Positions 25,841 through 37,514 are shown, numbered from the stretch's first letter. The stretch: 64,000 nucleotides of DNA from Adineta vaga (GCA_021613535.1 CP075495.1:310001-374000), one strand, 5' to 3'. Translations and numbers: made by a program. The notes: a model not told the origin generated them from the sequence alone.

Positions 25841-28605
25841 CCCTCATACGCCCACCTGTAGGACTACCACTTATAACCCACCTGGGGTCCGCATGGACCC
25901 CAACCCAATAAGATAGATATAATACACCTTTTAAGTAGTATACTATGCTAGTATTATGTGGTATATAGTTTGTCTCTTAGACACTCATTAGCTTATAAAA
26001 AGAAACTATATTTCGTTATTTTATCATTTATTTCTAAAACATTTTTGTATAATCTACTTTTATCCTAAAAATGTTTCACTACACGTCGTGCAAACAACTC
26101 TGTGATGATCTGGACAACAGGGAGCATTACAACTTGAACAGTGAGTAATAACCTTGCGATCACGCTCTCTTGGGCAAAGATGGCAACGTTGTTTGGTAGT
26201 AGCCGTTGAAACAATAGATGGGTGTGAAGTAGTAACAGTTAGTCCAATCGCTTGTATAGCCATCAGAACGTTCTTTTGAAGTGCCTGTGGTTGATGTCGT
26301 CGTCGATCCAAATGCAACTGAACAAGATCATAACCTAATTCCATTAGAAATAGACATCGACGGTAGTTTTTCTTTTCATTCCATTGAGGATTTTTGGTTG
26401 TCCATACCACAAAAGCAGCAAGAGCACCAAGATCAAGTATGTTGAAAAAGAAAGTCATTGGCCATCGTTTTGTCTTTCGTTTGCACGAATAAGTTTGAAC
26501 CATCTGGTCCATATGATCAACACCACCTTTTGTGCTATTGTAATATAAAATAATCTCTGGTTTTTTCTTTCCATCGTCGACAATTGTCTGATCATGATGA
26601 AGAGATGACAGCAGAATCACGGTATGTGATGTTTTAGGTACATAACTAACTAGTGTTAGCTGTCGATCGAAACAAAATATAGATCACTGCTCAGGACGTT
26701 GTGTATTTGGCTGCAGCTCCCGTGTAATTCCCTTTTTGTTTCGTCGAATAGTTCCTACAAGAGTTGTTTGAACACCTAGAAGATCTTCTGCCAAATCTGC
26801 TCTGGTAAAATAGTTGTCTGTAGTAATGGTTCGTCCTGTATTGATCCAAGGATATGCTGTATCTGAATCACAACACCAAAAGATCTTCAGTCCATATTTC
26901 CCAGGTTTACTAGGCATATATTGACGAAAATTGCATCGACCACGAGTTGGAATAAGCTGTTCGTCTACCGTGAGCGATCCACCAGGCGTGTAGCATATTT
27001 GTAATCCACCTAAGAACATTGTCCATAAATCTCGTATTGCTGCTAGTTTATCTGACTTCAGTCTTTCCTCTCGTGTTGTTGTATCGTCGAATCGGCAAAA
27101 CTGAAGTAAGGCTTTGAAACGATTCTTGGACATAGTTGCTCAAAATATAGGTCGTCCATTGATCATTGACCACAATTCATTCAAACTTTCATTCTTTGCT
27201 CGATGAATACCTGCGAGGAGTAATAACTCAATGAAAGCCCACATTTCTTCAAGATCCGTATCCCTCCATTGGTATTCTTTACCAGAATTTTTCTTATTCC
27301 ACTGTCCCAAGATCAGATGCGCTCGTCGATTAGTTTCCTTCACCAAGATAAGAACCATTTCTTGAGTGATCAAAACCTGAAATGCTTCTTTCACTGTTTG
27401 TATACCTGCAGCTAGTCGTCCAACACCATTTTGCTGTCGTAAGATATTAGCTGATGGTATTTTTCTTTTGGGAGGTTCCTTTGATGTCCATTGACATCCA
27501 GATTTTGCTGTAAATATTTGAACTGGTGATTGCTCAGCCTTTCATTGACGTTTTGCTCGACGTCTAGGTGGTTCATCATCACTGTTACTTTCAGTTTCAA
27601 CAGTACTTGTACCAGATTCATCATCTGAATCCTTTTCAACCACGCCACCATCTGATTCATCAGAACTTTCTTGAAGAGTAAAAGGTATTTCGTCATCTTC
27701 AGAATCATTATCAACATCATCATCTTCGTCGTTCGACTCATCGTTGAAGTGCTTGGAATATCGAGACCAGTGTTTCGATTGATTGGAATTAGAGCGTTTC
27801 TTCGAATCCATATGTTTTCGTATAATAGTCGTAGGTAGTGAGATATATAATGACTTTACTATTTCAGTGAATGGGTTTATATAGGTTTTTATGAAGAAAA
27901 TCAAAGAACTCGCTAGAAAATGGCAGAAATAAGTGGAATTACTAGAAGCTACAAGAGAGAGCATATGTCATCTATATAGAAAGAACGAGAAAAAAAACAT
28001 GTGTACTTGAACATACCAGAAAAATGATGCACGTATGAACGTATGATAGCAGAACGAAATAAGATATACATATAATATGTATATATAGTGACGTCATGTC
28101 AATAGCAGAAAGAAAAACCTATGCATGTAGAGTCGTACTGCACAAAAGTATTATTCATGAAAATATTCAACTTTTACATTGGAGACGTAATTATTTAAAA
28201 AAATAACAGAAGAGTTGTAAGAATAGTCAGATATGCAGAATATACCGTTTTAATGCGACTGATATATTTCACAGTTTATTAGAGAGCTATAGAATATTCC
28301 CACATGAGTGGACAGATGTATAAAATATGAGAATGAAAAATTTATGATCAAATATTAGGAGAAAACTAATGTTATAATATGGGGTCCAGTTGGACCCCAG
28401 GTGGGCAATATACGTATATATCAACTTTGAAGTAATTTATCTCATAGATGACTTAAAGAGATAAGCGAATGCTTTCTATAGTATACTCTACTACTCTTCA
28501 CTAGAGCATATGTAGAGTGGCGTGATATGATCTGTCATCGTATATATAAAACATTAGAATGAAACTAGCTGGGGTCCGCATGGACCCCAGGTGGGCGTTT
28601 CAGGG
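25841..28605 (-). mobile_element. piggyBac transposon, defective
   Basis: TTAA TSD on both sides; TIR ccctcatacgcccacctg / caggtgggcgtttcaggg; internal GGGGTCC-N4-GGACCCC palindromes at ~25884, 28381, 28571. Confidence 0.95.
26060..27811 (-). pseudogene. piggyBac (PGBD4-like) transposase with stops and an internal deletion
   Basis: Acidic N-terminus; TVDEQL, YMPSKPGKYGLK, ITTDNYFT, YNSTKGGVDHMDQ; C-terminal CHLC..CSSC..CC..H..CTTC. Broken across several ORFs. Confidence 0.92.
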
Positions 28606-29410
28606 TTAACAACAATACTAAATGGGAGAAATTACCGTACATCCCGTCACACATTCAAAGCATACTTCACCTGATGAGTAACATTACAGAAGCTCCTTAG
28701 ATCTTCTTTTGGGGACAATTTAAAACCCATTCGACAATCACTTTCAACATTATATCAATAGGAGTATTAGTTATACTGATCATTTTCCTGATAGGTTACA
28801 TTCGTTTCAAACATCAGAGAAAATCAAAAGTGACAATTACCATACCATCACTCAAAACACTCGAACAACAGGAACTAACGCTTAGCAAGTGACAGCAATG
28901 TCCCTGTTTTTTTTTTGTTTACACATCTGCGCGCCTCTGAAGCAATCCACCTTTGACATTACACTAGTTCTCATCATTTTTCTTGTTAATACTATGAACC
29001 TATCCATAGTGTTGTAATTGTATGAATAAAAAAGATTTTCACCATTCGAAAGCACATACTTTTGTTCTTGTTATCTCTACTCTTCCAGCACAGTTCGCGC
29101 GAGGACAATCATCACCACTCCGAAGCATATATTATAGAAAGAGTTCTACAACGATATTTACTTATCAATACTCTATTCCACAAAAAAACCTACACCTAAC
29201 AAATCTTTTTCTTTTTTCCGATGCACCAACTCCTACTTCAAATACTTCAAAGCAACATACACACTTTGTTTCTTCAATTACATACGCTCCTCCAACCAAC
29301 ATAATTCTTTTTCTCATTTTCTAATGATAATCAGGTACTCTCGCGATTTTTTGGAACCTGCCGGTGGGCACACCAAGGGCGACGTGAACCCAAGGTGCCC
29401 GACAAGAACC

Positions 29411-29505
29411 CACTATGGCCAACCCCGCCCACCTTGGCCAACCACAACCCACCTTGGCCAACCCCATGCCCAGCTTGGCCAACCACCGGTCACCATGACT
29501 AACCC
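29411..29505. repeat. GC-rich ~20-bp tandem repeat (cacc/cagc-ttggccaacc core, ~5 copies) near the Helentron 5' end
   Basis: cactatggccaaccccgcc / caccttggccaaccacaacc / caccttggccaaccccatgcc / cagcttggccaaccaccggt / caccatgactaaccc. Confidence 0.85.
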
Positions 29506-29879
29506 GCGCGCATCTAACATGGGCCACTTTCAGTGTGTTTCTTTTGTTTTTTCGCATACATGAAGTTTGACCTTTGACCCCGTGCAAACAGACAGACAAA
29601 CTATTTTATTTCATATGACCTTCCTTACAGTCGAGGGAATAATAATATAGTAATAATAATAACGTCCCATAGGCTAAACGCTCGTAGGGACCGGCCGCGG
29701 TTATTATTTATTTTTTCTACGTGCAGCCGGGTCTACCGTCTTTCTTCTTTTGCTGTCTTTCTAGTACATACGTATTCATTCTGTCTGATCCAACATCTTG
29801 GTTGATGCGTGAAGGTTTGGGTGTGAAATTATATTTATTTATTTATACACCCTAACCATTACTGGGGTGTGGGTGAGAA

Positions 29880-32058
29880 ACATGATACAAAAAACTGGTA
29901 AAAACGAGAAAACAAAAGAGTGAGTCTATCGTCTATTTTTCGGCGAACACCACGTTGATTGCCACTAAAAATTGAGAGAGATATTATCAGACTATTATCC
30001 TCTGATGAACAGTTTAGATACTAGTCATCATACGAAACCCAATTCAATTTTAGTAGTTGAACAGCCATAAATTTGTTTAGTTGATTCTGTTACTTTTGCA
30101 CCATGTTCTTGCTGTCACGCACGATTTGACATGATTGATAATTCCCTGTGGTTTAAACCTTAGTTTGCAACCAGGACATCTGTATTGTCCATTCTCTTTA
30201 ACCAATAGTTCTGTGACTTTACAATTTGTAAGACCTGTCAAAACAGCTAGATCTGTTTTTCTTCTCTGAGCAGATTGTTTTCTATATTGATATACAATAT
30301 CTTTAATGTTTTCAGAGACTGGTTTTACATAAACATTTTTATTAATTGTTTCACGCTATTTTTTCCTGTCAAGCGTCAGTCTGCGCCAGTTCCGTATTTG
30401 TGATTCATTTATATCTTTTAGGATTTTGTCCTCCCACTGTTGCATCTTCCTACATTACTTGGTCTCTTTTCATCATGAAAATATTTCAGTTGACGGTTGA
30501 CCTGTAATATTTAACAATTTTTCGTTAGACATTCTATCAACTAAGTTTACTCCTATGATTGTCCGTAAGCATTTATTATAGAAAGTAGTTATCCGTTGCT
30601 CTTGTTTTGTTGTAAGAGCCCATGTTTCACTTCCGTATAGTAAGACTGGTAATACACAAGCTCTAAAAATACGAAGTCTTGCTGTGATAGAGACTGATTT
30701 TCTATGCCATACAACATGACGTAGAGCATTGAAAGCTTTAGAAGCTTTTGTCAGTCTTACAGATATTTCTGTATCATGTTGCTGATCTTTCGTTATAGTG
30801 CAACCTAAATATGTAAAAGACTCAGCTGTTTCAATTTTTTGATTTCTGATATTTATATTTATATCGTCATCATAGTTGATAAATTGTCCTTTTAATACCT
30901 TTCTATTTTGATCTTCTTTCAGTTGTTGTAGAGTCATCACACAGGTTTTTTTTATGCTCATAGTCAAACCATATTGTTGTGTGACTTTTTCAAAACATCT
31001 AATAAATTTTTCTAGGTCAGAGATCTTTTCACACATCGCAACGAGATCATCTGCATATAATAATGCTAAAATATCGAAGTCAACATGGTTTTCGTTTTTT
31101 CCGTGACAGAAATCATTACTACCATACGAAAAATTTACTCCTGATATGGCAGCTTCACTAATGACTTCTTTTATGATGAAGTCAAATAGAATATTGAATA
31201 AGAGTGGAGAAGGAATACCTCCTTGCATCACACCTGTATTCATTTCGAAACTATCAGATATTTCACCATTTATTTTGACTTTTGCTATTGAATCTTTATA
31301 TAGCATTTTTAATAAGTTAACCAATTTATCAGTAATGCCATAACTACGACATACTTTCCATAACAGTTCACGATTGACCGAATCATAGGCTTTCGTGATA
31401 TCAATGAAGCACATAAATAATGGCTTATTGAATGCTCTTCTTTTTTCCATTGTCATTTTCAAAGTAAATATCTGATCTATAGTCGATCTATTTGATCTAA
31501 AACCAGATTGTATTTCTAATAGTTGGCAATCTATTAGATTCTGAATACGATTAAGTATGATACGTGAGAACAGTTTACTAGTTGTATTCAAAAGTGCAAT
31601 ACCTCTATAGTTGTCGCAAATTTTCCTATCACCTTTATTTTTGTACAGTTTGATTAGGGTTGTCATGTTCCATTCCGTTACCATCTGTTCGTTCTCCCAT
31701 ACGTCAGTAAAGAATTCGAACAGCCAACGTATTATTGGTTCACCACCAGCTTTTAGGATGTCAACACCCTCACCCACACCCACCCCAATCTCTTTTACTT
31801 CCTCCTCTGAGACGTCTAATAATGGAAAAAGCCGTCATAGGATCATTATTTTTTATCGATTTTTCTATATTTTCACACACTTCATCCCAGTATTCTTCTT
31901 GACGATGTTCTGCCATTATTTTTACTATTTTTGTCAGCCGTTTATAGTTTTTATCACATTTGGGCTCCATACTCGAGCCACGATTATTTTGTCATTCAAC
32001 AAATACTATTGATTTTTTATCAATAATTTTTAGAATATCGTTTGTTAACCATTCTGTC
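29880..32058 (-). mobile_element. 5'-truncated non-LTR retrotransposon (RTE-like), RT ORF 30473-31783
   Basis: NYRGIALL, QSGFRSNRSTIDQIF, FIDITKAYDSV, GVMQGGIPSPLLFN, LLYADD, FTYLG, VLLYGSETW. Downstream remnant includes WRRLTLDR and a CPGC..H..SC finger. Internal deletions at ~31770 and ~30475; no endonuclease domain. Confidence 0.88.
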
Positions 32059-32815
32059 TAAAGGGGGTGTGAAATGAAGAAGTCAATCTAATCCGCATTC
32101 TAACCCATACCCACATCCACACTAATTGTTCTTGAAAGATGTAGATTATGCTATTCTGTGAATGGTTGTAAAGAACATAAAAGGGATTCTGGGCAAAAAC
32201 GCTTTCTAGAAGCAATTAATGGCTTTTGTTAACGGTCTGTTGTTTTTCTTGAATCCATCCAAAGTTGATTATGATAAATGTTTGTAAACATAACTCACGA
32301 AGTTCTGAATGATTGTGTCAGGCATTCCTATGATATCTCAAAAAGTAAGGCGGCTATGGTGATTGCATGCAGTACAGATACCACTTATTGTGCCTATCGC
32401 TTATGTGTCATATAATGACACTGTTAAATCGTACATTGACTGTGGAAGACAAGAAATATTCACATTTATTAGTATTTATGTGAGTTTCAGTGCGAATTGT
32501 GGGAATCTAATACGCTGTCGATGAGTCTGTACGAGCAGTATTCGGTCAGAGTTGTAGATGGCACCTTAACTGTAAATTTAAAGCAATCACTTTGACTGAA
32601 CATTTTGAAGTTGAAGTTAATGCGGAAGCGTTAAACCCTTTTTCAAAATATAGTTAGCGTTAAAGTACTATTCTAATTCCAACCTTGAGTATATATTAGC
32701 GCAGTCTGGAGTCGTATGATTGTCGAAAATATTGAAAATTATTTATTTCTATTTTCAGGAAGCATATTTCTGTACTTAGTTTGAAAGTAGTAGTAAAATT
32801 AATAGAAAATTATCA

Positions 32816-34936
32816 ATGAATATTCTGATTCCATTGCGTGGAATCGGTGATCGGTTCAGCAAAGAAAACTATCGGCTTCCAAGACCATTAATCAAAATCG
32901 TTGGAAGACCTATTCTATTTTGGGTCTTCGATCACATAGATACAAAAAATGATGATGTTATATACTTAGGACTTCCAAAAAATTTAGGAGAACAATTTGA
33001 TTTGATCGAAATATTGAAACTCGAATATCCTAAGCATGTGTTTGAAGTAATCATTCTGGACTTTGAAACTAGGGGCGCAGCAGAAACATTGTTTATTATA
33101 TCACAATCAATACCAAAAAATCGTTTAGAGCGAAAAACCATTTCTCTTGACCACGATACAATTTATTTTAAGTCAATTGTTGAACAATTTCGTCAGCTAC
33201 CAAATAACTTAAATGCCTCGTTCTATTTCGAAGATATTGATAATAAGCCTTTGTATTCTTACTTGAAATTCGATGAAAATAGGACCTACAATGGACACTT
33301 CTTTGTGTCAGATGTGAGTGAAAAAATAATGATCTCAAGTCATGCGAATACTGGCGCTTATGCTTTCCGATCGGCTTCTGTTTTAAAGAAATTTTGCACA
33401 CAACTATTGGATGAAGCATTTCGGGATTCTGGCGAATATTATACAACAAATTTAATGAGACTAATGATCAGTGACAATGAACACTTTATTGGAATACAAA
33501 TACATAGAGAAGATTTCGTTTGTGTTGGAACTCCTGATCATCTAGATCAGTTTCTGAGAAGACTAAAAACTAAAGAAAGTCCAGCTGCTGTTCGTAAAAT
33601 GAGGTTTTGCTTTGACTTCGACAATACACTGGTATCCCATCCAAGTAAATATGGCGACTACGAATCCGTTGAGCCGAAAATACAGAATATTCAATTGCTT
33701 CGAGAACTACATGCGGTAGGTCATCATATTACAATTCAAACCGCACGTCGGATGAAAACACATAATGGTAATGTTGGAGGAGTGATTGCCGATATTGGCC
33801 GAGTAACAATGGAAACACTAGTAAAACTTAGGATACCTTATGACGAGTTGCTCTTTGGGAAACCATGTGCAGATGTTTATATTGAAGATTCAGCTATTCA
33901 TGCTTTAATTGATACAACCAAAGAGATTGGATGGGCACTTGACCATGCTGAGGAAGATTTTCAAAACAAAAAGCAATTAAAAGGATTTGTGTCTCCTCGG
34001 CATTTTCATACAATTCAACAGTTAGATAATTTGATTATCAAGAGCTCCTCGACCGATTGCCTCCAAGGTGAGATATATTTCTATCAAAACATACCACCAT
34101 CAATTCGAGATATATTTCCTCATTTGGATCGCATTGAAACGAACAAGAATGCTGGTGTTTCATCCATAGTTATGAGAAAAGTAAACGGAATTACCTATTC
34201 ACATTTATTCACCAATCTATGTCTAACCAAAAGACGATTATTGAAATTTCTATCATCATTGAAACGTATTCACTTATCGTTATCAATAGAGAGCACTAGC
34301 CCAAACTCAGATATTTACGCAAACTATTCTGACAAGATTATAGCTCGATACAATCAATATATAGATGTCTATAATGCTCTTGATGCACATTTCAAAAGTT
34401 CCATCAACTCATCAGTGATTCGTTCAGTCGAATTTCTTCATTACCTACTTGACTATTTCATCGAATACAAAGGATCTAAACGTGGTCAACAAACACCAGT
34501 CATTCATGGTGATCCAGTCTTCAGTAATGCATTGCTAACGCCCGATAGTCGTGTAGTTTTTCTCGATATGCGAGGTTCTTTGGCTGACAAAACTAGTCTA
34601 CAAGGTGATTTAAATTATGATTTAGCTAAAGTGTATCAATCATTAACAGGATACGACTTTATTTTATTGAATAAAGTCGAATTATTGTCAAAATCTGTAG
34701 TAAAGATATACCTATCTGAACTTGTAGATTTATTCAAGGATTTTATTTCAAGAGAGTACTCAAACGTTCCAGATATAACTGATATAAAAATGATTACTGC
34801 ACAACTTTATTTTAGTTTAATACCATTGCACAGCACTTTTCAGCATCAAACACAGTTTTATGAATTTGCAATTCAATTATATCAGGACAGCAGATTGAAC
34901 AATAACCCTCACGTTGTACAGAACGAACAGCAGTAG
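32816..34936 (+). CDS. Intronless tri-domain enzyme: NTP-transferase + HAD phosphatase + APH/choline-kinase-like phosphotransferase
   Basis: N-terminal ILIPLRGIGDRF..LPRPLI, ETRGAAET, ANTGAYAF, GEYY, VGTP; middle FCFDFDNTLV, TARRM, FGKPCADVYIEDSA; C-terminal VIHGDPVFSN, FLDMRG, YDLAK. Confidence 0.85.
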   Translation: MNILIPLRGIGDRFSKENYRLPRPLIKIVGRPILFWVFDHIDTKNDDVIYLGLPKNLGEQFDLIEILKLEYPKHVFEVIILDFETRGAAETLFIISQSIPKNRLERKTISLDHDTIYFKSIVEQFRQLPNNLNASFYFEDIDNKPLYSYLKFDENRTYNGHFFVSDVSEKIMISSHANTGAYAFRSASVLKKFCTQLLDEAFRDSGEYYTTNLMRLMISDNEHFIGIQIHREDFVCVGTPDHLDQFLRRLKTKESPAAVRKMRFCFDFDNTLVSHPSKYGDYESVEPKIQNIQLLRELHAVGHHITIQTARRMKTHNGNVGGVIADIGRVTMETLVKLRIPYDELLFGKPCADVYIEDSAIHALIDTTKEIGWALDHAEEDFQNKKQLKGFVSPRHFHTIQQLDNLIIKSSSTDCLQGEIYFYQNIPPSIRDIFPHLDRIETNKNAGVSSIVMRKVNGITYSHLFTNLCLTKRRLLKFLSSLKRIHLSLSIESTSPNSDIYANYSDKIIARYNQYIDVYNALDAHFKSSINSSVIRSVEFLHYLLDYFIEYKGSKRGQQTPVIHGDPVFSNALLTPDSRVVFLDMRGSLADKTSLQGDLNYDLAKVYQSLTGYDFILLNKVELLSKSVVKIYLSELVDLFKDFISREYSNVPDITDIKMITAQLYFSLIPLHSTFQHQTQFYEFAIQLYQDSRLNNNPHVVQNEQQ

Positions 34937-35120
34937 AATATTACAAAAGTACGTTCTTCACACATCAATTTTCTATCTCAGAATCGAAAAGCTGCGGCCA
35001 TATAATTTTTTTTTGAATGATATCTTTTCAAAGCTTCTCGTCGGGAAACACGGTGATGATGAGTATGAAATAAATAAATTACGGCTATCCAGATTACCGT
35101 TTTATTTAAGAAGAAGTATC

Positions 35121-36358
35121 ATCAGATGGTGAGAGATTTTTGCTTTATTTTTTCAAAATTTCCTAGAACATTCGAGAAAGTTCTGGAAGGTTCCATATTA
35201 AGGGTACTTAAAGAGAGTACGAGTGTCTTTCGAATGATAACAAAATCAAGAATATCGATGTCGATCTCGAAGTAGAAATGAATATATCTCGACGAGAGCA
35301 AAGAGTGCTTCTGCTTCATGAATTTCGTTTGGGTCGTAAAGCAACGGAGGCAACGAGCAGTATATGCAGCACGATAGGTAAGGATGTAGTGTCCGTTCGT
35401 ACATCGTAACATTGGTTCCATCAGTTTAAGAATGGTAACTTCGAACTCGATGATTTACCTCATACGAGAAGACCACTACAGGTGGATATGAATGGATTAA
35501 AGCAGCTTATTGAAGAAGATCTTCGATGGACAACACGATGGTTAGCAGAGCGAATTGGGTGCTCCCAAGTAACAGTGGAAACACATCTTCATGAATTACG
35601 CAGGACGTGGAAATATGGTGTTTGGGTACCACATGCGTTGTCACCACATTAGCTTAAACATAGGGTTGATGCTTGTATGGAATTAATGACATCTCATCGC
35701 AACTATCAATGACTCCCCAATCTTATTACTGAAGATGAGAAGTGGATATTGTATGTTATGCACACGTACAGGCGACAGTGGGTGTTACCGCGAGATAGAG
35801 GTGTATCAACTCCCAAAAGTGACCTTCACCCAAAGAAGATTATGCTAAATATTTGGTGGGGTGCAAAATGAATTATTATTTGGGATCTCTTTCGAGCTGA
35901 TTGCACAATCACTGCTGATATCTCTTCTAAGCAATTGGGCCGAGTTGCAACAAAACTTTAGGCGAAGCCAGGCAGAGTTTTTTTGCATGAGAACGCTAGA
36001 CCGTATATTGTAAAGTCGACTCGTGATAAATTATTAAGGCTCGGATGCGTCACGGTTTCACATCCACTTAAATCTCCAGACTTGACTCCTACAGACCACC
36101 ACTTATTTCATTCTTTATCGAATTATTTACGCGAAAACAAATTCGACGACGAGTACAACCTAAAAATGGATCTACTCAACTACTTTGGCTAAAAATCCGA
36201 GGACTTCTACGAATACGGCATCCTTTCTTTACCGCACTGTTGGCGACAGGTCACGGATAATAATGGATAATATATCGTCAAGAGTTAGTTAAATTCGTTA
36301 AGTTGAAAAATAAAAGGAAAATTCACAGGCAAAACGCAAAAAAGCTTGCCAACCTAAT
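35121..36358 (+). mobile_element. Decayed mariner (DD34D) element
   Basis: HEFRLGRKATEA, WVPHALS, ITEDEKWILY, LHENARPY, HPLKSPDLTPTDHHLF with many stops. Right TIR gcaaaaaagcttgccaacctaat; left TIR degenerate. Confidence 0.88.
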
Positions 36359-36460
36359 CCAAAGAAAACTTTTTGTTAAAACTTTCCTATTCTCACCCTG
36401 TTTTATTCATATGGCACGCACGAATTACGAGTTTTCGCACTTAAGTGAAAGTATCCACAC

Positions 36461-37172
36461 TAGGGTCCGGCGGACACAAACACCATACTGTTGAAGTCTG
36501 ATCATTCCAGATTTCTAGCAATAATTTTTAGATACATGTTTCGAATTCGATAGTACTCGTTTTTCTTCATTTGTGCTTTTCGCGGATAGGAAGCTGTCAC
36601 ATAACTTCATATTTCACTACTTTACGTTGCACTAATCACGAGATATAATAGACGGACCCATCAATCAGATAACAGTATGTTTTCTTAAAGAAAAAGAAAT
36701 GCTTATTTAATGTCTATATGCATAAAAAACCCACAAAACCAAGTAAAAGTTTCAATAAAAGTTTGATACAGACAGAAGAGACAGAAAATGATCGTATGAT
36801 CGACGAAAAATGTATCTAGCATTGGGATAGTACATTAGTGTTACACCTGTCAGTGCTAACTAAATAGGGGTATTTTTCTCTCCTCGACGTTGGATTTTTT
36901 TGTTGACTGCTAGAATTTACTAAATTCCTTTCACTTCGTCTGACTATCTTTGGACGCTTTTATTTTCCTTCCATTTCCCTATACCAATATTCTTTTCAAC
37001 TCTTGCGGCGTATAAACAATCACTTTCTCACTGTTCTTCTCATAGGCATCTGTGTTTTCCAAAGAAAGCAATATCGCACTAAGTTATCGATCAGTACATC
37101 CGGAAACGGTGAATCCCGCCCCAATCCCATATTCCTTTAGAATCGAGGTCGGGACAATCCCGCCGGACCTTG
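36461..37172. mobile_element. hAT-like MITE, TAGGGTCCGGCGG family, copy 2
   Basis: Termini tagggtccggcgg / ccgccggaccttg; 8-bp TSD atccacac / atccacat. Confidence 0.75.
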
Positions 37173-37514
37173 ATCCACATGGATTTATTTGAAGTACCAG
37201 TAGAAGTACCAAGTATATTTTTAAAATATAAGCATAGGTACAAGGCGATGTTTTCTGTGTACGATAACAGAGTGCCGTCATATATCCCGCGCTTCAAAGA
37301 CGCTCCTTCATTTCTCGCAGGAGACGAACTGGTCTTTAAAACGCGGGATATATGACACTGCTGGAAAACACAAGTAACCACCCTTGTCCGTAGAACAGTA
37401 GGTTGTGTATTAAATATATAGCATGTTTTCTCATGTAACGTAGAAAGATCCTATGATAGGGAATCTGATCTTGTGGGAAAATCATATTTTATTTCAGCAA
37501 GAAGATATAAGGAT

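Larger units (their letters stand above)
24301..28892 (+). pseudogene. env-like class I fusion glycoprotein, split by piggyBac (24301-25840 + 28610-28892)
   Basis: Signal-peptide-like N-terminus, furin site RNKR, fusion peptide FLTDIITIGMSTAALAM, heptad region, Cys-rich ectodomain. Frame resumes exactly after the TTAA (LINNNTKWEKLPY) to TM helix IISIGVLVILIIFLIGYI and a basic tail. Frameshift at ~24540 and TAG at 28698. Confidence 0.85.
12147..29642 (-). mobile_element. Helentron/HLE2-type rolling-circle transposon (~17.5 kb) with gag, protease and env cargo and a nested piggyBac
   Basis: SubTIRs ccctcgactgt (12179-12189) and acagtcgaggg (29627-29637). The 3' end reads ...gtcggcacgac (small hairpin)...cttgt. 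A (caga)n microsatellite (29589-29598) and tandem repeats lie near the 5' subTIR, as in DINE-1/Helentrons. Both flanks belong to one repeat that is contiguous at ~38.6-38.9 kb. Confidence 0.8.

Noticed and set aside
21480-29320. LTRs flanking gag-PR-env
   Set aside because: No direct repeat found by eye between 21.5-21.8, 23.6-24.3 and 28.9-29.3 kb, and no clear TG...CA ends, PBS or PPT. A solo LTR in 23.6-24.3 kb cannot be excluded.
29321-29599. ORFs over the GC-rich tandem repeat
   Set aside because: Open frames explained by repeat composition.
37084-37435. Small ORFs as a gene
   Set aside because: They run across the 36461-37172 MITE boundary and have no recognisable domain.
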